64,000 nt of DNA from a virus (Duplodnaviria; Caudoviricetes): the IMG/VR virus record IMGVR_UViG_3300003375_000001, positions 128,001-192,000 of that record. The stretch is one strand, 5' to 3'. Of this stretch, positions 57,101-64,000 are shown piece by piece. A program made the position numbers and the translations under genes. The notes beneath the pieces are model-generated. The model searched no databases and was not told where the DNA came from. It worked only from the letters and a program-made list of their open reading frames with translations. Each line of letters begins with the position of its first letter. Within the stretch, counting starts at the first letter, position 1.

Positions 57101-57240
57101 GAGAACGCGGGGTCTGCCTTCAGCGTAGAAACAGGCCGTTCAGACGAAGCCTTGACAACATAGTTGCGTGCTATCTGACGTGCCATTTCCATGACACGGT
57201 CTGACCGCGCCACGGACTGAGGTTTGATTAGGATTTTCAT
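51145..57240 (-). CDS. SNF2/SF2 helicase-like protein containing an intein
   Basis: SAGGGKTT, CDESH, SGT, GLNLQF|C and QGNSRIGRP; intein at residues 990-1509. Confidence 0.92.
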   Translation of the reverse strand: MKILIKPQSVARSDRVMEMARQIARNYVVKASSERPVSTLKADPAFSNPAFVRALDMKTGFMFLYNNRIKNSRWSWAAFTTAVLYPQLVQRPPSGRDRAQYNKAINQLAEFWTDSAASSLVKVKKLNNTFEVSVPVFTMPLEGASTWTEKLKQIFCGNDQPEGLYTDPAVSLTPQFPNETVTIQVTHTQSVESLRDTGGIFKTAYLAALKGLNNGQVSIAVVGEQVTTFLTFEVTSMQAEYLCQTPWMQIRPIDFYGLIREWIDGRLGYFRDPPKFALPLSSIAQSIQGVKGESRANEHGILIDENADLWYIPQESNNVGKYDSELRAALSQADGVLCAIPLDKTTERKQFPPSQPIFTDWVNLKFAYSNRDGKLMVKSLDRSYPVNATHAARLLRQPVNGERGGNAYTLLRSVSTGNGNVKTPMPDLKTLLPVMVETIRARDDEAETEPSDITFADILTVETNLNSKKAIWEAIALVNELAATSFETLCIAYTVQTVCSVVAVTKIAELYGKDIETTFSTDREARKKYEHQGVDANYQGESIPFVGEGKGLMPHQVRAQNVLRNSPEFAILAVSAGGGKTTMILTDALKEMKLGHVHRVLIMCPSHLVGQYVKEFVYFTEGRVNVIAVNSYTMSPRRHGLSGLEQMIRTAPVNTVVVTDYNIGNGKSKKTPIGYGVAPTNVFPVVEMLRKFKFDYVACDESHYLKGTTGRQNAVARLISDIPYKRLASGTVTPNSLMDLVKQVSLFDPSIFGSQADFINKYADDVRGNKVMSWKPGAENDIMSRLKSSVVVVNAKRKEWAAFLPLLKENTHMVSLTPKQQHVYKSILEEVTLLIQEEMSKNKALRFLLTGQSEDGEDEESNADDLDIDSLLKPYLQRLERYVISPAADPLATVMLEGEDRVSPKVLKVIELVKKHLDSNTPGKVLIFCNYNQSAQTIFECLPPELKAQAILYTASNKAECGAEFETNPNKKIMVGVEVSMNTGLNLQFCFTADTPVLIDRKTSLPIKDIYENDAITEVLSYDLETKKIEPRKILRKIRTKVRDKDKFVSVSTQDNKSGERAQVKCTDNHTFFLKGGKEVQAKDLKVGDQLITYGRKFDQLKLDADGSFIPRGQVKNVACAECGYIFRPGPGLNKHRATVHGIDTEKFANYKQTQVFHATTRWEDDTYRELIVAKRKAFETMPAGKAARKRTTEGGKKAWKDPVRRAAHSNRLRALWADDVYKKVVGAAIAKACSTDEARKAMSKRSKANWKDAAYRELISKRRNAYWEIQENREARSVVSKGIWEAKRETGEDVDWGNAISDACLKPASRKLRSSIVKARHATDPSFTAKGVRAMLKAQGTLPNKPERNVISLEIPGLKYVGDGQYFVSLEIDGQRVVKNPDFISTEHTSSKGRSLRVVEVIGARQYTKRGKVHDRKLIKAYADKGIECLIIEADACYDSEGLEKVHARLDSFINNHYLTVNAITPLHSAKVIGDYKYDLEVEGNHNFFACGTTEGKADVAIPVLVHNCSRLIRVDSVWTPGALEQGNSRIGRPNIKVKEERKFIYIDWVIAAGTIDVTKLAYLVSKKVVITKFEEAGNPLYSDENVPSPDLFPMTLDVIARSNETTADELRPAFEAYTAMHVAQFKDYAAYREQHPEDMNEDGSCRMTPIVRAPNLPNSKLMYRVPYVPGLDIYKAEELGLVRYDQFLMQDLDDSEEDDEDEGEEKESIAQKELSRAEFNKVSNFWVHTEYGDGQIVGLSKRALRIELSSGNKVVVNKLAAFVINRAQTNHGDMRTLILKESGDIPFDVPYDIQVKNATEVVIPKKKAEDTDERIHVALEITVVNDFINLEFDGVEKNPGGARALEGIGFTQPQPYMYAVMKTPQHMFKLFKAWTDAGFTFDAKSNNACKNVYQRWMKQRKNAVHQFGMATDATVRSFFQMQHKANADMSLLFPYPLIYEDQVYVAMPLLGHPATMKAINKVKVPGVRFYKADTKNQLYGTVSNLAKLDHHLALMIKKGFVITNIEDLKKERKRLQKVSPQLYTGIQLK
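52714..54273 (-). mobile_element. intein (520 aa) with non-LAGLIDADG endonuclease insert
   Basis: CFTADT, CTDNH, YDLEVEGNHNFF, LVHN|C; insert has CAEC...H...H, basic helical repeats and NPDF...VVEVIG...GIECLIIEA. Confidence 0.92.
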
Positions 57241-57249
57241 TTGTATGAA

Positions 57250-57969
57250 TCAGCTAAGGGATTTAACAACACTGTCAGATACTTCTTTATACTGGGTCTG
57301 GATATAGTTTGCAAGACCTGATTTGATCTCTAGCATTTCGGTGCTGAATACCTGGTAATCGTCCTTCTCCATACGAGGTCTAGCACTTGCTTCTAGCCTT
57401 GACAAGGCAGTAACGATTTGCACAGCTATATCCATAAAGGCAGGGCGCACATGTCTCTCAACTATGTGCTGCCCTAACATACCTTTGTCCCGTACTGCCT
57501 GAACGTCAGCTATCAATTCTCGCATTTGAGACACGGTCATGTTGAAACCGTGTATTCCTCTAGCGCCGTGTGACGTACGGACAGGGTGCTCCACAACAGG
57601 GAGAATCGATACCATCATCTGCAAGAGCGAGCGCAGTATCAGAGTAACGGCACCGTCGTCTTCTCCAAGCTCCAGCATCTGAAGAATTACATCGCTCTTT
57701 TCGCCAAACTTAGACTTAAGTGCCTGTTCGATTTCAGCGTCGCTAGCGGGCGTTGAAACTACAGGCATATCTTTATAGGGCTGGACTATAGCTAAAGCCG
57801 TAGTAGAAGACTTAGATTTTTTCTTGATCTTCGTCGTTGTGACTATGGCTTCAGGTTCGTCATCCACTGAAAAGGCCGAAGCCCGTCTGCGAGACTTGTC
57901 GTTATTAACAGGTTGGCTGACGGGCTTCGAAGGTGGCTTTTTTGTAGTAGGGAAGGACTGTAGTTTCAC
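57250..57969 (-). CDS. hypothetical protein
   Basis: 239 aa, GTG start. Confidence 0.65.
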   Translation of the reverse strand: MKLQSFPTTKKPPSKPVSQPVNNDKSRRRASAFSVDDEPEAIVTTTKIKKKSKSSTTALAIVQPYKDMPVVSTPASDAEIEQALKSKFGEKSDVILQMLELGEDDGAVTLILRSLLQMMVSILPVVEHPVRTSHGARGIHGFNMTVSQMRELIADVQAVRDKGMLGQHIVERHVRPAFMDIAVQIVTALSRLEASARPRMEKDDYQVFSTEMLEIKSGLANYIQTQYKEVSDSVVKSLS

Positions 57970-57983
57970 TTAGAACCTATGGA

Positions 57984-58778
57984 TTACAGAGCAGACATTT
58001 CACGGACTTGCTGCAACACAAGGTTCATATACTCCGGGCTGTAAGAATACTGTAGCTTCCAGTATTCTTCTGGCGTCAATTTTGCATCCATAGCAGAAGC
58101 CGCTTTAACCTTGTTGCGAATAGAAGGAATGTTCTTAGTGTCCAACTCGGCAATAGACACGATGACATCGGATGGCACAGCCACTGCTTTCTTGATCGAG
58201 TTAGCAACCACAATGGCGTCACCTTGATCATTGTGACCAATGCACACACCGTAGTCCATGTCAGCGCCATAGCGTGCGGCATTGACGAAAGCAACAAAGT
58301 AAGAGGTCTCGGACGTTGAAGGTGCTACCTTAGCCTGTTGCACAAAAGAGATACGAGGTGTAGAACCACGAGGACTAACACGAGCGCTCTCCAGCAAGTG
58401 AGCAAGGTCATCAACACCTTGACGGGCTAAGTACTTACCGCTGTGACCTTCTTTCATTTCCCAACGAGTTTGATCCTTCTCGTCCATGTATATGTTTGCA
58501 GCTACTTCACGGAAGCCAGCAACAACAGGACCATCAACCGATCGAACTTCGCGGTTGGGCACAACAAAGCCAACAGCGTAGTTCTTACGCTCGTCTAACC
58601 AACGGAAGCTGTCTTTGACAGGACGCGCTTGGTTATTCAGGGCCAGAGAGATTTCATCGAACAAAGTATCCTTGTCTTTAACGCCACCCACAATGGTAGC
58701 GGTAACAAAAGCCAGCTTGGCTTCAGGAGCGCTAGCGACAATACGGTACTCGTTGATAGTAGCAAGATTTGAAGGCAT
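57984..58778 (-). CDS. hypothetical protein (probable virion)
   Basis: AGGAAA RBS, 264 aa. Confidence 0.7.
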   Translation of the reverse strand: MPSNLATINEYRIVASAPEAKLAFVTATIVGGVKDKDTLFDEISLALNNQARPVKDSFRWLDERKNYAVGFVVPNREVRSVDGPVVAGFREVAANIYMDEKDQTRWEMKEGHSGKYLARQGVDDLAHLLESARVSPRGSTPRISFVQQAKVAPSTSETSYFVAFVNAARYGADMDYGVCIGHNDQGDAIVVANSIKKAVAVPSDVIVSIAELDTKNIPSIRNKVKAASAMDAKLTPEEYWKLQYSYSPEYMNLVLQQVREMSAL

Positions 58779-58834
58779 GGTGTTTTCCTATTTCAGTTTG
58801 AAGAGTATGATTGTAAGGGATGGCTCAACGTCAC

Positions 58835-59458
58835 TTAAGCACCGTTGGCTTCTTTTCGCGTGGGGTCGGAGATTCCGTCATCAGTAAATTCGTCGATTTC
58901 GTCATCGTCGTCTTCACCGTCAGTAGTAAGTTCGTCTACCAGTTCGTCGTCACTGGTATCGATTTCCTTATCCACTTCTGTATGTGTGTCTTCTGCGTCG
59001 GCTTGTTCAACAAAGAACTCCATCGGTTCTTCTATTGCCAAACCGTTGTCTTCCATGTATTGCTTACCACGGGCTCGGATTTCGTCTTCGGTGAATAGAA
59101 CTGCGCGTTCTACCGCTGACAGAAGGTCTGTCTGAAGAATAGGGCCTGCTGAGGCTATTCCTGGATTGACGCTTTGCACGTCACCGAAGTTGTCATCAGC
59201 AACTATCATGGAATTGATGAGAGGCCATAAATCGGTTTCAGGTATACCGATAGCCATAGCAAGAGCTGCCACTTGAACAGGCGTGGGGGCAGGAACTAGT
59301 TCCATGTACGAGTCCAGCACCATCAATAGGTGTTCGGAGACAGGTTCAGGAGACAAGGTTTCTTGGACAAGCTCTGGCTCGGATGTTATGTCCAGAATGT
59401 CGTCTTCACCTATGGTAATTTCGTTTTCGAAAGGCATGATTGAGTTCTCCTGTCCCAT
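58835..59458 (-). CDS. highly acidic hypothetical protein
   Basis: 207 aa, Asp/Glu-rich. Confidence 0.7.
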   Translation of the reverse strand: MGQENSIMPFENEITIGEDDILDITSEPELVQETLSPEPVSEHLLMVLDSYMELVPAPTPVQVAALAMAIGIPETDLWPLINSMIVADDNFGDVQSVNPGIASAGPILQTDLLSAVERAVLFTEDEIRARGKQYMEDNGLAIEEPMEFFVEQADAEDTHTEVDKEIDTSDDELVDELTTDGEDDDDEIDEFTDDGISDPTRKEANGA

Positions 59459-59491
59459 AAAAATGAGTCAAGTGGCATAGAGCGTAAAAGA

Positions 59492-59773
59492 CTAAAGGTG
59501 TGAATGCCTCTTGCCGTGACACCTATCGCAAAGTGTCAGAAGATTGGCTTTAGACGTGGTTCCACCTCTAGAAAGACGAATAGCATGATGAGTGTCCAGT
59601 TTGACCTTTGATCCGTCATGGCGAATAGTACCGCCAACGGCTTTACAGGACATACAGGTTTTGTCATCACGCTGCTGCACTTCATTAACAGTGGTGTACC
59701 ATTTAGGCCCGTAGGTATCGCGCCTGATTTTTGCTACACCACTGCCTTTTGCATATCGAGCACGCGGTCTCAC
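59492..59773 (-). CDS. small HNH endonuclease
   Basis: RDDKTCMSC...HH...SRGG....NLLTLCDRCH. Confidence 0.88.
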   Translation of the reverse strand: MRPRARYAKGSGVAKIRRDTYGPKWYTTVNEVQQRDDKTCMSCKAVGGTIRHDGSKVKLDTHHAIRLSRGGTTSKANLLTLCDRCHGKRHSHL

Positions 59774-59812
59774 TTGTGTTTGTCCTTTGGCTTAGTAGAA
59801 GGAATCCACCAG

Positions 59813-60616
59813 TTAAAAATGCGAAGGTAGTACCCCAGCAGTAGTCCTTGAATCATAGCTGTCCATTCGTTCGCCCGATATAGCGTTTATAATTGGCACC
59901 TTTTTAAGGATAGCAACGGCCCCGCTAGCCATACCTTGCCAGTAAGAGTCGTAACCCTTGGCTAGCAAGGACTTAAAGAATTCGCTGGTTTCTTCGCCGT
60001 ACCATTCGTCCTGCTCGTCTTCAGTAGGTATATAAAGCTTGCGTACGTCTATGTAGCAAGCCCATACTTTTCCTGAGCCATTACCTGTGTACTCGTCTTT
60101 AGCATACTGAATGTCTTCAGCAAACCACAAGCCGTTGGAGGGAATCCTGAATTGCATATTCCCTGTATGTGGTGTACCATGAAACATAATCCTAGGTAGC
60201 TTCGAACTCTTGAAAGGGTTCTCTATTACGTGATTTGGCCAAAAGTCAAACTTGGTCATAAGACTATTTATAGCGGAGTCAGACGTAGACGCTGGTCCTG
60301 GAATCCTAGTGGCTGTTTCCAGCCTGGCCTGAATCTGTTCGAGGTGCTTATCGATAGTGCTAACGACACTAGCGTGTACCATCTTCTGAAAGATGTCTGT
60401 AACGTAGGCAAAGTTGTCGCCTTTACCTTGTTTAGCTGCAGCCTTCTTAGCTTCGTTCCATTTCTTTTCAAGCTCAGAGACGGAACCTTTACCTTCAGAC
60501 GCTAACTTCTTTATGTAAGGTGTTGGCATTGCAGTTTCCTCATTACGGTCGTTACCTAGGCCTTGACGCCTTTCCTTTAGCCGTCGTAGCCATCTATCAA
60601 TTTTCTCTTCCATCAC
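59813..60616 (-). CDS. protein with C-terminal ADP-ribosyltransferase-like (ART-PolyVal-type) domain
   Basis: MFHGT...F......GLWFAED...A..Y...KVWACYI; helical N-terminal module. Alternative start at 60529. Confidence 0.55.
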   Translation of the reverse strand: MMEEKIDRWLRRLKERRQGLGNDRNEETAMPTPYIKKLASEGKGSVSELEKKWNEAKKAAAKQGKGDNFAYVTDIFQKMVHASVVSTIDKHLEQIQARLETATRIPGPASTSDSAINSLMTKFDFWPNHVIENPFKSSKLPRIMFHGTPHTGNMQFRIPSNGLWFAEDIQYAKDEYTGNGSGKVWACYIDVRKLYIPTEDEQDEWYGEETSEFFKSLLAKGYDSYWQGMASGAVAILKKVPIINAISGERMDSYDSRTTAGVLPSHF

Positions 60617-62103
60617 CAGTACCTCCTGTAGCCATAGCCTGGAGATACAGCGTTTAAGCCAATACCAATAGCACCCATAGCCCCTATCTGACCAGAAGCG
60701 TTATCCAGGTCTCCATCACCAGAGGTAACTGCCATGATCTTCAGGTTCTGCTTGAACGGTTTCATTTCTGCGTCAAGACGTTGCTGCAAGGTGTCAGCTA
60801 AACCTTGGTAATACTGGGTCTTGTCTGTGTTCAAGGAAATAGCTTGACCTTGAAACTCGAAAGCCTTTTCACCTTCAGCTAGGTATTGCGCACGAAGCAT
60901 GGCTACTTCCGCGTAAGACAGCCAGTACTCTCTAATACCTCCGGACGCATTGGTCATGTCAAAAGACGTTATCATGCCTGAAGCAGCATTGAACATATCT
61001 TTAGCTCTACGTAGCCATGCGATAATAGTAGTGGTATCAAACAGCGTATCGGGGAAGCCTAGCATTGTTGTTCTAGCCTTCATCACTAACTGGCGCACAT
61101 CTTCTATAGCATTCAGCATAGAACTGTTTACCACGTATAGCCTGCCGGTTTCTCGATTGTTAGGCCCAGAACCGTCGTTGTATTTCCAGCTTAGATTGAA
61201 GGGCTCTAAGCTTGCTTTCAACACTGAAGTGTCTATCTGAGTTGAGTAGTACCAACCGCCGGATACCCTAGACTTAGTGTTTACTACCGAGTAATGAACA
61301 ACCAGGTTGTTGCCTTGATAGACTTCGATTCCTACGCTTGCGTATAGGCGATCAAGGACTAGCCCCGGTTGTGCGAGGTCACCGTACATTTCAACAGGGC
61401 TATCAGGACCTAGAGGTACAGACGACTGGCCCAGAACGGTGACGCCTTCTGACATCACCTGGACGTTCGTTGGGTTTGTTGGGTCTAGGTGAAGTTCCCA
61501 ACGAATCTGATAGCGTTGAGCTTCCAGTGTAGGAGGTGTCTCTGAGGGTACGTTAACAACGGCCAACGCGGTAACGTCAGTGGACATAGAGCCGTTGTTG
61601 ATTGTATAGCTATAGGCATTACCTGTAGAGTATAAGGTACCTAGGCTATCAATCAACGACCATTTTACAAATCCCTGAGAAACATCAGTTCCTGCGGGAA
61701 GCATAAAGAATGCTGTTCCCACAGACGCGTCGCCCGCTTGGATACTATCAACGAGAGCTTGGAAGGCGTTTGGGCTTTTGGTAGAGTAAGGCACACTGAG
61801 ATCGATGTCAACTAGAACCGCAATGGTCACAGTCAACGTTCGAGCTCCCGAGGTCGTTACTTGCAGTTGAGTGCCGTAAGTTGTACCTAGTACTCCACTG
61901 TTAGCAGGGAGAGTGAAAGTTGTCGAGGACGTAGGAACTACAGGAGTTCCGTACGTCAACATAGGTGTAGTCGCCGGTATGGTTTGAACAATTGTTACCG
62001 ACGTTACTGTCTCGCCTGTTAGAAGCAGGGGTGTAACGTCTACAGTAAAGGACGAAGCCTGGTCGTCCTTAAAGTAAACAAGAGGTTGAATATTGTTTGA
62101 CAT
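60613..62103 (-). CDS. probable virion neck/head-tail adaptor protein
   Basis: Beta-rich N-terminal domains plus a helical C-terminal domain; structural-region context. The function is inferred. Confidence 0.45.
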   Translation of the reverse strand: MSNNIQPLVYFKDDQASSFTVDVTPLLLTGETVTSVTIVQTIPATTPMLTYGTPVVPTSSTTFTLPANSGVLGTTYGTQLQVTTSGARTLTVTIAVLVDIDLSVPYSTKSPNAFQALVDSIQAGDASVGTAFFMLPAGTDVSQGFVKWSLIDSLGTLYSTGNAYSYTINNGSMSTDVTALAVVNVPSETPPTLEAQRYQIRWELHLDPTNPTNVQVMSEGVTVLGQSSVPLGPDSPVEMYGDLAQPGLVLDRLYASVGIEVYQGNNLVVHYSVVNTKSRVSGGWYYSTQIDTSVLKASLEPFNLSWKYNDGSGPNNRETGRLYVVNSSMLNAIEDVRQLVMKARTTMLGFPDTLFDTTTIIAWLRRAKDMFNAASGMITSFDMTNASGGIREYWLSYAEVAMLRAQYLAEGEKAFEFQGQAISLNTDKTQYYQGLADTLQQRLDAEMKPFKQNLKIMAVTSGDGDLDNASGQIGAMGAIGIGLNAVSPGYGYRRYW

Positions 62104-62111
62104 CAGGTTCC

Positions 62112-63248
62112 TTAGTCTCTGTCTTCAGTTGTATAGTAAACAGGCTTACCTACTGCGGTAGTTAACTCAGGGCTAGCTGGTATGTAGCCACTCGATGGAG
62201 ACGTCCTAAATATGTAGTAGGTACCAAAACCTCCTGGCCCCGTTTCCCATCGACCTTTGTTCTTTAGTATTTCTACTATGGCGTTGAAGGCTTCAGGTAG
62301 CAACTTACGGGTGAATGGACCAAAGTTGTGATCTGTGCCCTCTACGTGTGTCTTCAGATTTTTATCCCGAGCCTTGTTTATTTTATCTAGGAGTACTTTG
62401 ACTGCGTGGTTAAGAGGCATAGACTTAGGAAACGATAACTCTCCGTCATCAACTCCTAGCCTGGCCCAAGAAAACCGTCCACCGTCTTTAGTGAGTTTGT
62501 ACGCAGGCGCGAGCATGTACTCGTCTTTAATACCCTCGTAACTAACTATCTTTATTTCCCTCAGGCCTTCGGGGTCAGTGGCTACATAGTCAAAGAGCCC
62601 CTTGTTATAACCGTAAGGCCTCTTTTCTACAGTCCATCTCGGCAAAGCTGTCTTCAATTCTTTAAGTACACTTTCGGGAGAAGTATCTGTTACCATCTGC
62701 CCAGACTTCTGCTCCTCTTCTAGCTCAGAGGTTAGCGAGTTCAGGATAAAAGGCCAGGAACCTTTAAGCTTGGGCAAGTATTCGTCATTGGCTACTTGCT
62801 CAACAACATCTTCCCCCTCAGGTGTTAGCTCCGCTTTCAGAAGTTCTAGTTTGCGTAAGCTATCACTTATAACCTTAAAGCAAGCAGAGCCTTTTAATTT
62901 ATCTGTACCTAGTGGGCCAAAAGGTCTTTCTATAGCATGAGCAACCTTATGCAAACGTGTGGAAGTATCCTCTTCCACAGCGTACGATAGAATGAAAGTA
63001 ATGGACTCTAGGGCATGTGTAAGAGTAGTGAAAGGTAAGTAAGCCTTATTGTAGTAGTAGTCACTATGAACATTACCTTTTTTGCCCCTTGCTTTATTAA
63101 GGCACTTATCAAACCTCATCCTAGAACACAAAGATTTTATCTTTGGTAAGACCTGCTCAGCTAAAATAGCAACCTGCTCAGGCGTGAACGGTTGAGCTGA
63201 GGTCACCTTAAGACGGGCGGCTATCTCTCTAACGTGCTTGGCAATCAT
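62112..63248 (-). CDS. hypothetical protein (probable virion internal protein)
   Basis: 378 aa; N-terminal KHVREIAARL motif. Confidence 0.65.
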   Translation of the reverse strand: MIAKHVREIAARLKVTSAQPFTPEQVAILAEQVLPKIKSLCSRMRFDKCLNKARGKKGNVHSDYYYNKAYLPFTTLTHALESITFILSYAVEEDTSTRLHKVAHAIERPFGPLGTDKLKGSACFKVISDSLRKLELLKAELTPEGEDVVEQVANDEYLPKLKGSWPFILNSLTSELEEEQKSGQMVTDTSPESVLKELKTALPRWTVEKRPYGYNKGLFDYVATDPEGLREIKIVSYEGIKDEYMLAPAYKLTKDGGRFSWARLGVDDGELSFPKSMPLNHAVKVLLDKINKARDKNLKTHVEGTDHNFGPFTRKLLPEAFNAIVEILKNKGRWETGPGGFGTYYIFRTSPSSGYIPASPELTTAVGKPVYYTTEDRD

Positions 63249-63820
63249 GAGTTGTTTCCTTCATATAAAGTCTTGAGCTTGTCCTGAGCCATATGCAAAC
63301 GGTGCTTGGCTGCTGGATCGAGATTCTTACCTGCGCGGTTGATGTAGAAGTTCAAGGAACCCATAGCAGAGGTCAGGCTTGGGTGAGCCGCCTTGAGACC
63401 ATGAGCTATCTTGTCAGGAGTCTGCTTGAAGAAACCTTCTGGAGGAGACCAGCTCGTCTCTACGTTGTCGGTCCAGGCTTTCTCACTAAGCAAGACGGAA
63501 GCCCTGTGGTCTTTAGCCGACCACTTCTTCAGCACTACCTTGTGAGCCTTAGCCTCATCACCTTGCCACTTACCAGCGTTTATAAGAAAGTAAGCTACCT
63601 GCATTGCAACGCCAGGAACTCCGTATTCGTCAAAAGCCTGTTCCATAGACCGTGCGTAAGCCCGTGCTGAAGGGTCTGCCAAGCTTGGACCCACGGCTAC
63701 CACGGCTAGGATAGAAGCAATGACAGGCTCTGGTACGTTAGCCTTACGCAGTTTAGTTGCAAGGTCTTCTACTAAAGCTTGCGTAATAAGTCTGTCGGCT
63801 ATCTCTTGGATGTGACTCAT
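63245..63820 (-). CDS. two-module protein with C-terminal DUF3175-like domain
   Basis: WSPPEGFF...SAMGSLNFYINRAGKNL. Start set to ATG 63820 (ATGA overlap). Confidence 0.65.
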   Translation of the reverse strand: MSHIQEIADRLITQALVEDLATKLRKANVPEPVIASILAVVAVGPSLADPSARAYARSMEQAFDEYGVPGVAMQVAYFLINAGKWQGDEAKAHKVVLKKWSAKDHRASVLLSEKAWTDNVETSWSPPEGFFKQTPDKIAHGLKAAHPSLTSAMGSLNFYINRAGKNLDPAAKHRLHMAQDKLKTLYEGNNS

Positions 63821-63999
63821 TGCAATTGCACCCAGCCTTTCTCTATAGCGTACTTGCGCGCGCTTTCCGTGCAGTCTTCCATCCACTGTAAGGGGATATC
63901 CTCAGACGACTCGCTAGCAACCAGGCAGCACGGACAGCCTTCCATAGCTCGAAGACCTGCGTGTTCTAGAACGTGGTTAGTGATGTTCCACATAGAACC
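63817..63999 (-). CDS. partial hypothetical protein running off the window edge
   Basis: Open frame ...MWNITNHVLEH...GWVQLQ*, stop overlapping ATG 63820. Confidence 0.5.
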   Translation of the reverse strand, partial: GSMWNITNHVLEHAGLRAMEGCPCCLVASESSEDIPLQWMEDCTESARKYAIEKGWVQLQ

Positions 64000-64000
64000 T

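Noticed and set aside
57250-57969. Terminase small subunit
   Set aside because: The position near an HNH and virion genes is suggestive, but there is no recognisable motif.
1-64000. Stop-codon reassignment, tRNA or rRNA genes
   Set aside because: Standard code gives near-complete coding density with TAA, TAG and TGA all used as coupled stops. No cloverleaf or rRNA-like segment was seen in the short intergenic gaps.
1-64000. Assignment to a named phage genus
   Set aside because: The gene content suggests a jumbo phage of a Gram-negative, probably GC-rich host, but naming it needs a sequence search that was not run.

Overview
This window is part of a large dsDNA tailed phage genome, most likely a jumbo phage. 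It has near-continuous coding with ATGA overlaps, and I found no tRNA, rRNA, CRISPR array or integrase. Three blocks are visible. (1) 1-9269 (+) is a modification cluster: a DxD glycosyltransferase-like protein, a sulfotransferase, a GT4 glycosyltransferase, a radical SAM/SPASM enzyme, a PIG-L deacetylase, a second GT-B glycosyltransferase whose 5' end was invaded by an HNH endonuclease, a HAD phosphatase, QueE and FolE. (2) 9270-26244 (+) is an accessory/early block. It opens with an inverted-repeat-rich sigma70-type promoter and holds mostly small hypothetical genes plus a metallophosphoesterase, wHTH, Crp/Fnr and IclR-type regulators, a Tat-signal protein, an HD hydrolase and a BCS1-like AAA ATPase. 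It ends at a bidirectional terminator. (3) 26244-64000 (-) covers replication, recombination and virion genes: SbcC/SbcD, clamp loader, RecA, probable SSB with a long charge-block tail, NUDIX enzymes, a sigma-factor-like protein, a SWIM protein with a mini-intein, a zincin, a J-domain protein, spanins, primase, a family A polymerase with a UDG-like N-terminus, a SNF2 helicase with a 520-aa intein, an HNH protein and probable head/neck proteins. The strongest candidate for an undescribed system is the 7-deazaguanine genes combined with sugar-transfer, deacetylation, radical SAM and sulfation enzymes. Also notable are a triplicated homing-endonuclease target, a CTGTTAAT element upstream of five genes, and a shared H-x-x-E/Q-I-x-x-R-L peptide motif in adjacent virion-region proteins. 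All family assignments come from motif recognition by eye; no database search was run.
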